Shown piece by piece: positions 1-9,707 of a stretch of 64,000 bases of DNA (its first letter is position 1; each line of letters opens with the position of its first letter). This stretch comes from Lama guanicoe (lineage: Eukaryota), in contig MU053994.1 of the NCBI GenBank assembly GCA_013239625.1, positions 1,615,775 to 1,679,774 of the forward strand. Reading direction: 5' to 3'. Both the position numbers and the translations under genes were made by a program. Below the pieces are notes generated by a model. It was not told the origin of the DNA. It ran no database searches and worked only from the letters and a program-made list of their open reading frames with translations.

Positions 1-107
1 TAAAAATTCTGAAAGGAGGACTCTGTGTGTACTTATCTCAAAGTGAATGAGGAATAAGCATTTCACAGTTTGTCACCAGTCCAGGGACCGTACTTTGAGT
101 AGTATTG
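1..107 (-). mobile_element. MER119-like hAT-Charlie DNA transposon end (runs off window start)
   Basis: gtacttatctc...caccagtccagggaccgtactttgagtagtattg resembles the reverse complement of the MER119 terminus CAGTGCTACTCAAAGTGTGGTCC; recalled consensus. Confidence 0.6.
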
Positions 108-348
108 GTGCAGAACACACCACGCCCCCGGCATCCCATGGAGCTGGGCTATTTATACACCAACTCCCTTTTGTCATTGGTTAAGGGGGTGTTTGAGAGT
201 GTGGGGGATTTTTCTGTGCACACGGGTGGAGTGGTGGTGCAGTTTCTAAAAAGCTGTTGGGCAGAGAGATGCGGATACTGGCAGCTGGGAGACAGCCTGA
301 ACCCACCCACAGAGGGAAGAGGGCAGGGCGTGGACAGCATCTGGTACA
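108..348 (-). mobile_element. LTR33-family (ERVL) solo LTR, partial
   Basis: ggagctgggctatttatacaccaactcc...cattggttaaggg core; ends acagcatctggtaca (TG start on the minus strand). Confidence 0.65.
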
Positions 349-1061
349 GATGGGTCCACTCCATCCTTTCCCCTGTGTTGCTCTGGTCAGCACTATGCTG
401 GAGCTTGAAGCAAAATCAAGGCAGAGGGCAGATGGGTGCGCCTAGAAAGCCGGGAGCTCTGAACCTGCAAGTCAGGACTTCACTGTGGCTGGTTGTAAGT
501 CTAGAGGCAATATGGGGGGCACTCTATTTTAGCTGCCTAGCCCAGCATCTGAATTCAGCTCTCATCCAAGCCCTGCTTAAAAAAAAAGCAGCCCCAGGAC
601 CTCATGTCAGCTCTGATCAACCCCGAAATGCAGAGGGGCTCTTTTCCTGACCTAAGGCTGTTTGATTTGCTGCTGTCTGGAGCTCGTGCAGCAGGTGCCT
701 CTGCCGCTGCTCGCTTCTTTTCCAGGGGACCCGGCAGCTACTTCTGGTCATGCGATCAACTCTTGGTCCGCAAGTTGCAGGTACCGGGTGACTGTAGTCA
801 CGGTGAGGATCAAGGGATTGAAGAGTCTATCTCAGCTACCCGGGGGTCCTCAGAGGGAAGTCAGAGCCGCCTGGCCACCCTGCAGTCAGCAGCACTCCTG
901 GGATGGTTCATTCCAGGGAACCAGGGAAGATGAGGGTAACGCTGAAATGACGATGGCATCAAGAATGGGTACCTCCAGACTCCACCTGGCCTTGACCTCC
1001 CGCTGGGCCCTTAATACACCCTATTTTATGGTCAGAGGAACGGTTCAGAGATATGTGTTAC

Positions 1062-1240
1062 TGTGACTGAGAGCGACATCTCGGCTGTCACACTGCCTGG
1101 GTCAGGACGCTGGATCTGCTGCCTCCAAGCTGTGCGACTTCATGTGCCTCGGTTTGTGCCCCCATCTGTCTAATGGAATTCCACCTACTTCCTCGAGTTG
1201 TTAGTGTATTAAATGAGCTGGTGTCTGTGATGCGCTGAGA
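1062..1240 (+). mobile_element. MIR SINE, diverged
   Basis: ctgcctgggtc...gctgtgcgact...tgtgcctcggttt...catctgt...attaaatgag MIR core. Confidence 0.7.
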
Positions 1241-1712
1241 TCGGATTGAGGCCTACAGTCCTGAATCCACCCAGGTCAGGCCCCCAGCTCAGCTGGCTGG
1301 CAGCTGCCTGGCCTCAGGCCAGCAGGGCCCCGGTTCTCTGGGGAAGTGACTAGTAGCATGTCTGCCGGGCCCCCCTGCGGCACGATTTCACCGTTGTCAA
1401 ACAGACGGCAGCCAAGGAAACGAGTGTGACTAAAACTTTCCATTTTCGACGGCTGGCTCTGTGATGACATGCGGGCCCCAGACCCAGGGCTTCCGCCGCC
1501 CCCCGCCGCTGCTCTGCCTATTATTGCCACCTGGGGAACTTCTTACGCTCAGTGCCTCAAAGGCCAGGAAGGTTTTCACCTCAGGGGACAGACCCCAGGG
1601 TCGTGGTCATCCGCTTAACCTCTCTGGGTCACGTTTCTCCCCCACCGCCCTCACGGTCGGCTGTATATGTGCCCAAGGGGATGATGGGATGCGAACGTTT
1701 CCCAGATTAGAT

Positions 1713-1733
1713 AGGTCAAAGGTTAAAGGTTCA
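1713..1733 (+). promoter_or_regulatory. Nuclear-receptor DR1-type array (AGGTCA-A-AGGTTA-A-AGGTTC)
   Basis: Seen directly; DR1 is the RXR/PPAR, HNF4 and COUP-TF motif; function untested. Confidence 0.35.
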
Positions 1734-1830
1734 CAGATCTGCCTGATCCAGCCCAGAGTCACACATAATCCAGGCCCCCGTAATCATTTCCAGTTTCCTA
1801 ATTAGTTCACCCTTATTTCCAACCATGGTT

Positions 1831-2012
1831 CAGGTTGCCAGATAAAATACAGGACGCCCAGGTACATTTGATGTTCAGATAAACAACGAATGTTTTTTGG
1901 TATAAATATACCCCCAACGTTGCATAAGACATACTAAAAACGTATCCATTGTTTATCTGAAATCAGAGTGTAATTGGGCATCCTGTATTTATTTGCAAAA
2001 TCTGGCGACCCC
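1831..2012 (+). mobile_element. MER53 palindromic MITE (hAT)
   Basis: caggttgccagataaaatacaggacgccca...tgggcatcctgtatttatttgcaaaatctggcgacccc; self-complementary, ~180 bp. Confidence 0.9.
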
Positions 2013-2084
2013 CGTCCAGGGCCACAGAGCCGGTCTCTCAGGATCATCCATAAGGCTGGTCCTCTTCCATGTCAGTTTCGGTGC

Positions 2085-2453
2085 TGTCTTGGTCCATTCG
2101 GGCTGCTGGAATAGAATGCTGGGGGCTAGGTGATTTATAAATAGTAGACAATAGGCATTCATTTCTCACTGTCCTGAAAGCCAGGAAGTCGAAGGTCAAG
2201 GCACCTGATAGATTCTCTTTGATGGGGCCCCTCTTCCTGGTTCTTAGACAGCCATCTTCTCACCGTGTTCTCAAATAGAGGGACAGACAAGAGAGTTCTC
2301 TGAGGTCTCTTTTCTGAAAGCACGAATCCCATTATGAGGGTGCCACCCTCATGACCTAATCACTTCCCAAAGGCCCCACCTCCTAATCCCATCACCTTGG
2401 GGGTCAGATTTCAGCATATGAATTAGGGGGACACATACCTTCAGTCTGTAATA
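2085..2453 (-). mobile_element. MLT1A-type MaLR solo LTR
   Basis: ccctcatgacctaatcacttcccaaaggccccacctcctaat hallmark; 5-bp TSD ggtgc (2080-84) / ggtac (2454-58). Confidence 0.9.
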
Positions 2454-2691
2454 GGTACCCCCAGAAGCCAACCCTGAGAAAGGACTCAGATACAGTTGGT
2501 TTGATTGGGAGGTGATCCAGGAAGCGCAGCAGGGGAGCAGAGAAGGGAGAAAAGCCAATAAAAGGGGTGTTAATGAGATTACCCCTGTGGGCAACTGGGA
2601 CTCAAGTCCCCCGCGTACATCCCAGAAACCATGCAGAACATGCCTTAGAATCATCACGCCAGAGGACAGGGAGGCTGTGGCATTTCTCTAC

Positions 2692-3060
2692 CATCTTAGC
2701 TCGGGCTGCTGTAATAAAATACCATAAACTGAGTGGCTTAAGCAGCAGACATTTACTTATCAGAGTTCTGGAGGCTAGAACTTCTAAGACCAAGGTGCCG
2801 CCAGCTTTGGTTCTTGGTGAAGGCCCTCTTCCTGGTTTGCAGATGGCCACCTTCTTGGTGCACCCCCATATGGAGGAGAGAGAGCTCTCTAGTCTCTCCT
2901 CTTCTGATAAGGACACGAATTCTGTCATGGGGTCCCATTCTCATGACCTCATGTAAACCTAATTACCCCTTAAAGGCCTCACCTCCAAACCACCATCTTG
3001 TCAGAGATCAGAGCTTCAACATATGAATTTTGAAGGGACCCAAACCTTTCATTCAAAACA
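2692..3060 (-). mobile_element. MLT1A-type MaLR solo LTR
   Basis: gggctgctgtaataaaataccataaactgagtggctta...ttcaacatatgaatttt; TSD tctac (2687-91) / tccac (3061-65). Confidence 0.9.
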
Positions 3061-3403
3061 TCCACCAACTCCCATCCCTCGTGGCTAAGGGTGGCTCTGG
3101 GGACATTAACTCCCCAGCACTTCCTGGTTGCACCTGTTTTCAACTGAGCATGCCCACGGCACAGGAGCAGGGAGAGGCAGGCACTGGAAGGGGAAAGCTG
3201 TCAGCATACTGCCAACTGTCCACCACAGCTGCCGGGGAACAGCCCTATCCCTGATCCGAGAGGATAAGCTTTGGGACATGTAAGCACCTGCTTCATTTTC
3301 CTTTGTCCAAGGCTGACCCTCAGTCACAGGAGAAGGGTAAACTTGCTCCGTTGGCCTCAGAGGGTTGTTGTCAGAATTGGATGAGATTATTTGTGTGAGA
3401 GGG

Positions 3404-3766
3404 TGCTATAGACTGAATATTGGTGTCCCCCGCAAAATTCATATGTTGAAAGCTTATCCCCGATGTGATGATATTAGGAAGTACCTTTGGAAGATAATTA
3501 GGTCATGAGGGTGGAGCCCTGGTGAATCAGATCACTGCCCTTATAAAAGAGACCCTTTGGCCCTCTGCCAAGTGAAGACACAGTGAAAAGATGGCCGTCT
3601 GTGAAGAAGCAGGCACCCATCAGAGGCTGAATCTGTTGCACTTTGATCTTGGACTTCCAGCCTCCAAAAGCATGAGAAATAAACTTCTGTTGTTTATAAA
3701 CCACCCAGCCTGTGGAATTTCTGTGGTATTTCTGTGGTATCACAGCAGCCCAAATCGACGAAGACA
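3404..3766 (+). mobile_element. MLT1A-type MaLR solo LTR inserted in a MIR 3' fragment
   Basis: TG...CA ends (tgctatagactgaat...aagaca); TSD gaggg/aaggg; flanks agggttgttg..atgagattat and tttgaaaaactctaagg are MIR. Confidence 0.9.
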
Positions 3767-3828
3767 AAGGGTTTGAAAAACTCTAAGGTACAACAGAAAT
3801 TGAAGGTATAGTAAGCATTATTAAGTTA

Positions 3829-3925
3829 GGAAAGAAAGAGGCGGGGGAAGGAGGAGAAATAGAAGGAGTAGGAGGTGCAAGAAGAGGGAGAGGAAGGAAG
3901 GAAGGAAGGTGGCGGGGGAGGGGAG
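3829..3925. repeat. GA-rich low-complexity tract
   Basis: Nearly purine-only ggaa/gga repeats. Confidence 0.8.
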
Positions 3926-4094
3926 GCCTTAGGCGCAGCTTTGTCTACAAGGGGAGGCCGGGGAAGTGCTGAGCCAAGCAGAAGGAAACCAGGAGTCTGA
4001 TCTCCTTAGAAGGATTTTTATTGTTGTTGGGGAAACGTTTGTGGTTGTGCTGTTACTTGTGATGCCTCAATCCTAAGGTCACGCATTCTTTACT

Positions 4095-4292
4095 TGACCC
4101 CCAGGGTGTCATCCTCTCCTGGCTTTGCTCATCTCTCTGGCCACTCCTTCTTAGCCTCTTTTGCTGCTTCCTTCTTGCCTCCCCAGCCTCTCATCTTTGT
4201 GGTGCCCCAGGACTCACTCCCAGCTCTTCTCTTCCTTGTCTACACCCGTGCCCTAGGTGAGTTCACCCAGTTTCATGGCGCTGAATCTACCC
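4095..4292 (+). mobile_element. L2 LINE fragment (RT region)
   Basis: ctctctggccactccttc...gtgccccaggactc...ctacacccgtgccctaggtga. Confidence 0.75.
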
Positions 4293-5580
4293 CCACCTCC
4301 CCATTGCTTGCGCCGTGTTTCTTTCAACATCTTCCTGCTTGATCACCTGCTCACGTCCAGGCTTGGCTTCTGTCCTGCCCTCTTGTATCATATCTCCTGG
4401 CATTCGGCCCAGTCCTCAGCCAAGCACCCACGAGCCCGTCTGCATGTGTCTGTCCCCTGGTTCTGGACCCATCATCCACCCCTTCAAATCAGCACCTGCC
4501 AGCGTTCGAACCTGCACCAGCCTCAACCACCTGGTGTGCCTCCACGGCACCCCCTCCTGGCACAAGGCTTGTTGGTGACTTGTGCTCTTTGTTGGTGGAC
4601 ACATTGTCCATCTATGGCAAGCCTCATCCTTCTGGAAGCTCTCCAGCTAGCACGTCTTCTTTCCTCCACTTGGTCAGCCCCCAGGCTACCCAGCATTGAA
4701 AAGACCAGATAAGCAGAGCCGACTTGGTTGTGAGGAGGCACACGCATGCGCACAAACACATACACGCACTCACACCACCGCCACCACCATCATCCTTTGC
4801 AACCAAATCCATTGCTGAACCACTCAGCTGTCAACAGCTATTGGGAATCATGACTGAAGAGGCCAAAATTGCGTATGTACCTCGCTTCTATTCTTGCCAC
4901 TCCGAGGCAGCAAGAGCCCTTAAAACCCGATTAGAACATCCTCCCCTCTTACAGAGTAAATAAATGCTGGTCTCTGAGGAGGGAGCGGGGAAGCGAGGCT
5001 GGGAGGCATTGGGTGGGTTTTTCCCTTGTCACAGCGACCTCTTCACTCATCGGAGGCTGCCTCAGAGGTTTTAGAGGGAGGCAGCGCCGTAACTCACGAG
5101 ATTAAAACATGCCCGCTTCTCCTCAGACATGTATTCTATATGAAAATGTGGTTTATGGGCATCAGGTCCACAAATCTAAAGCCCAAGCAATTCTACCTAT
5201 GACCATCAGTCATGGAAGTTACACTCACTGAGAATGAAAATTTACACGACCACTGTTAGCCCATAACCAGCGACGGAGCAGTCCCCCTCCCCAGGAGCCA
5301 GGTCTCCCTGACAACAACTACCCGCCCTGTTTTTACTGGCTGGTACCCAAACTAGTGGCAGTGACTCTCAAATGTGAGTATTTATCATGAGATGCTCTCA
5401 AGGCCCATCCCTTCTACTTTGTAGAAAGGGGACTAGATTAGGAATCAGAGAAAAGAGGTCAGCTTCCACCTCTGCCACTTACCACCCATTGAAACTCAGC
5501 CATTCACCCTCTCTGTCCCAGCTTCCCCCTTGGCCCTGACAACCTCATTTGCAACAGTTGTTACAAAAATTATCTTAATT

Positions 5581-5820
5581 CAGCAGAACACGGTGGCAAA
5601 GCTCTGGAATCAGACTGCTTTTCAAATTCCAACTCTGTCACTTGCTCTGCAACCTTGGATAAGTTACTTAACCTCTCCGTGCTTAAGTTTTCTTCTCTGT
5701 AAAATGAAGATAATAACAATCTTGCCTCATAGTGGTATTAGGAGAATTAAAAGAGTTAATATTGGTGTGGAGCTTAGAACAGTGCCTGGCATATGGTAAG
5801 GGCTAAATAAGTGTTACATC
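5581..5820 (+). mobile_element. MIR SINE, near full length
   Basis: ctctggaatcagactg...ccttggataagttacttaacctctccgtgc...ctgtaaaatg...cttagaacagtgcctggcatat. Confidence 0.9.
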
Positions 5821-5854
5821 AAATTTAATCATTCAACAAATATTCATTAAATAC

Positions 5855-6304
5855 TGTGTCTGTTTCCTGAGGCTGCATAACAAAGTACCATGAGTTGAGG
5901 GACTTAAACATCAGAAATGTGCCGTTTCACTACTCTGGAGGCCAGAAGTTCAAGATCCCAGCATCAGTAGGGTTGGTTCCTCCTGAGGGTGTGAGGGAGA
6001 ATCTGTTCCCGGCCCCTCCCCAAGCTTCCGGTGGTTTGCTGGCCGTCTTTGGCGTCCCTTGGCTTGTGGAAGCATCCCCGCCATCTCTGCCTTCATCCTC
6101 GCGTGGCGCGCTCCCTATACGCATGTTTCTGTGTGCAGATTTCCCTTTTTCATTAGGACACCAGCGGTACTGGATCAGGGCCCACCCTAATGACACCACC
6201 TTAACTTGATAAACACTCTGTCTCCAAATACAATCACATTGTGGGAGACTGGTAGTTAGGAATTCAGCATATCATTTCTGGTGGACATAATTCAGCCCAT
6301 CACA
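5855..6304 (-). mobile_element. MLT1B/C MaLR solo LTR inserted in an L2 3' end
   Basis: ggctgcataacaaagtacca...agggcccaccctaatgac...ttcagcccatcaca; flanks cattcaacaaatatt and agcacctactaaggtgcca form the L2 tail. Confidence 0.85.
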
Positions 6305-6731
6305 AGCACCTACTAAGGTGCCAAGAATACCAGAAGTCATGAAACAGGGTCACACCTGAGGAGGCTCATATCTGAATATGGGGAACAGATTTACGTGCAT
6401 TCACTCAGTAAGTACAGTGCCGGGGGATATTACAAAAGACAAAGACACAAGGAACGGGCAGTGGCACCAGAAGACTGATTTCAAAAGGTTTCCCATGTGC
6501 GCTGGGCCTTCAAGGATGAGCTGCATTGATGTGCCCGAACAAGGTAACGCGTGTGCAGCCACAGGAGTCTGGAAGCACACAGCGTTTTCTGGAAATGCAA
6601 GTCCTTGATGCGAACATGGAACTCGGGAAAGATGAATCCAGAAGCATTGTTCGGACCAGATTTGGATGAGCCTTGATTTCCAGATTTAGGAGTTTCCTCC
6701 TAAAGTACTTATATGTTTCTCCCCAAGTACT

Positions 6732-7173
6732 TGCCTTAAGTCAAGGTCCCTAGAAGCAGATTCAGAGACAAGGATTCTTGTCAAAATGATTTATTAGAAG
6801 ATGTCAACAGTAAGAGCGAGAAAGAAAGCAGGGAAATGTCAAAAGCCCAGCCAAGGGGCCACACGAAGCCAAGTCCCTCCAAGGGCAACATTAGCCCAAT
6901 CCTGCAGGGGAGCTCTGGAGACTGGGTGTCCAGATGGGAGCGAGCGGGCTGGAGGACTGGCAGCAGCCCAGCCATTGGTCACTGGTTCAAGGCTGCCCCC
7001 TGGAGAACTTGGGCTGTCCACGCTGCATGGCAGTGGTGAAGTGGCTCTGGTGGCCTGAGTGCAGTCCCTCAGCAAAGAGACGCTGGCTGTCAGGAGTAAG
7101 GACATGCCAGAAGCCCACGTCAACCCAAATGGCAAAGAGATTAGAGGGCGGAGTGCTGGTAGTGTCCACTACA
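6732..7173 (-). mobile_element. LTR16/LTR33-class ERVL solo LTR
   Basis: ccctagaagcagattcagagacaaggattc...atttatt...gagctctggag...tccactaca. Confidence 0.6.
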
Positions 7174-7294
7174 GTCATGAAGAGTCATTATCACACTGTC
7201 GTAATCTGGGGATTAAGTGATCTGATCTCAGTGTCACAAATCTAACTGGTAATGGTGTAAACAAATGGAATGGCAGGGCAACAGGCTGGCCACA

Positions 7295-8200
7295 AGGAAA
7301 GCATTTAGAAAGCCACGGTAATGGTCCAGGCGGGAGCTCCCGGGGATCCGAACAAGCTTAAGGGTGGAGAGGGAGACTGGAAGGGAGAATGGGGATTAGA
7401 GAAGCATTCCGGGCTAGGATCTGATGATTGTTTGGCTTTGAAAGGATCAAGGATGTAAAGCAGGTTTACCAAAGATTGTAGAAGGATGGTCTTGGACGTG
7501 GTGAATGTATACAAGATCCCCAGCTCAAGATCCCCAGTAGGCTGGTGGAAATATGGACCTGGAAATCAGGAGAGAGGCTACAGCTGAAGCTATCCACGTG
7601 GAAGGCACTGGTGCGTAGATGGAAGATGATGGTAGGAACCAGGCAGGAAGGGTAGAGTCTGAAAGAAGATGAAGAAGAGAACACTAGAGCGCACCAACCT
7701 TTGAGAGCTGAGCGAGGAAAAGAAAGGAAGAAAGAGCAATGAGATGGGTTCAGAACTACAAGATATGCATAGCAGGAGGCAAGGGAGGAGGAAGTTGCAG
7801 GAAGGAAAAAGTGGTCAACGGCATTTAATGATGCTTCGATGTCAAAGGAGGATAAGGAATGAGCAGAAGTCATTAGATTTGACTATTACTCAACCCCGGT
7901 GGAGGGAAAAATCACATCGTACTAGGCTAAAGAGGAACCAGGAGAAGAAATGGAGGTAACAATGTATACCAGTTCTACCAAAAGCTTGGTCCCCAGACTG
8001 GCTACATCAGCAACATCTGGAAGCTTGTGAGAAACACGAATTCTGGGACATCCCTGAATCAGACCTCTGAATCAGAAATTCTGAGGGTGGAGTCCAGGAA
8101 TCTGCTTTTTAACAAGCCCATGGGGTGATTCTGATGTAGGCTAAAGTTTGAGAATCACTGATGCATATAACTTGCAAGAAGTTTGACTGGGAGCAGAAAG
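7295..8200 (-). mobile_element. L2 LINE fragment (interrupted by MER5A)
   Basis: ctggaaatcaggagagaggc...gtggtcaacggcatttaatgatgc...cattagatttg; resumes after 8160 (ttgcaagaagtttgactg). Confidence 0.75.
7970..8160 (+). mobile_element. MER5A hAT-Charlie MITE
   Basis: ctgaatcagaaattctg...ggtgattctgatgtaggctaaagtttgagaatcactg; 8-bp TSD atgtatac/atgcatat. Confidence 0.9.
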
Positions 8201-8675
8201 CGGGGTGACAGCTACCTACAGGGAAGCCAGTGCACAGTTAGGATTAAAAAGTGGACAGTACTTCACAAATAGAAGGAGATACTGAGAAAACATACGGATA
8301 GTCCACTGGTTTTGTAACTAACAAAGACTAGACAGCCTGCCGGTTATCAGCTGGCATGGTTACGACTGTCATCCGTGGGCAAACTGCTAAGACAAGCACC
8401 CAGTGGGAATGGGATGGCTGTTTCTTTTGGCGCACAAAATCGTCATCTAGATCATCATTGTCACCTAGATCCCCCAGAGCATTTTACAATCAGAGCAGTG
8501 ACTGATAATGGCTATGTATACCCAGCTCAAACCCAACCATCCACTAGGTCACAAGAAACAATGAAACCTCTTTGTTTTTAGAGGCAGTTAAGTTGAGATG
8601 CTGAAGTGAGCTCGTTGTGGCAAATCAGCAAGTCTTGCCATTGTACCCAGACTTCTGATTCCTAATGTCACAACT

Positions 8676-9208
8676 TCATTCTAGTTTTCTATTGCTGTGA
8701 AACAAGCCACTCCAAGCCCATTGGCATAAAACCCCAATAGGTAGTGTTACTACCTCCCACTGCTTCTGGGCTCAGCTAGGCGATTCTAGTTGTAGGTTCA
8801 GTCACGTGGTCGCTGACCCTGGAGTCAGCTCAAAGCCTGCTCACTGCCCCTCTGGCTATTGATGCTGACTGTTAGCGGGGATCTCAGTGGGGGCTGTTGT
8901 CAGGAACGTCCCCATATGGCCTCTCCGTCTAGTCTGTGCTTCCTTACAGCATGGCAGCTGGGCCCCAAGGGTTGTGTCCCAAGAGAGAACCAGGCAGAAG
9001 CTGTACTGCCTTTTGTGACCCAGCCTGGGAAGTCACACGACCTCACTTCTGCGGCACCCTACTCTTAGAGGCCACCATGAGGCCTGCCTAGGTTCAAGCG
9101 GAAGGGACACAGATCCCACCTTTGCATGCGAGCAAGACAAGATTCCAGGAGAGCACGGAGGGCAGAAACTATTGTTTTGGCCACTTGTGCAAAATACAAT
9201 CTGCCATA
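8676..9208 (-). mobile_element. MLT1F-type MaLR solo LTR
   Basis: ttctattgctgtgaaacaa...ctgggctcagct...acagcatggcagctgg...aaaatacaatctgccata. Confidence 0.8.
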
Positions 9209-9693
9209 GGAAATAAATCCTCAGTGGTCAACCCCGGTATGACCTTGCTCATTCTGGCAGGTAAGCTCCAGCCCGTCTCTAATTACCCATGACCAGGCTG
9301 ATTTGTCATTCCAGTGACCTTCCTTCAGAGGAGGGGCATGGACAGTTGGAAGGCAAATCCTCAGAAGTTCTCCAGGGCCAGAAATCCTGCCCTGGGTCCA
9401 GCCTGGAGGCTCAGGAAAGCCCTCGCCCTGAGAGTCCTGGGCTCCTTGAGGAGTTAAGCACAGGAAGGGTGTGGTTGCTGGAGGGACAAAAGGAATTGAT
9501 CAACAGCCGGAATTACATCACCCCCCCTCTTTGTTCATTTTTCTCTACTGTTGTTCTTTTTCCTGTGTTTAATTTCTCTCCTTCCTCACTCTCCCCTAGG
9601 ACCTCCCCCTGAGAGATGGGGTTGGGGGGTTTGATTGATTGGTGCTGAAAGCAGGGAGGTTGCGAGTAGAGAGAGATCACCTTACCCCAGATA

Positions 9694-9707
9694 GTTTCCA
9701 TGGCAAC
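9694..9707. promoter_or_regulatory. RFX X-box motif GTTTCCATGGCAAC
   Basis: 14-bp match to the X-box consensus in unique sequence; FOX TGTTTAC at 9787-9793. Confidence 0.5.

Larger units (their letters stand above)
2070..3238 (-). mobile_element. LTR33 (ERVL) solo LTR split by two MLT1A insertions
   Basis: Segments 2070-2084, 2454-2691 and 3061-3238 join into a continuous LTR33 (ccagaagccaaccctgaga...gccaataaaagg...gggcaactggg...tccaccaactcccatcc...ctgtccaccacagctgc). Confidence 0.75.
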
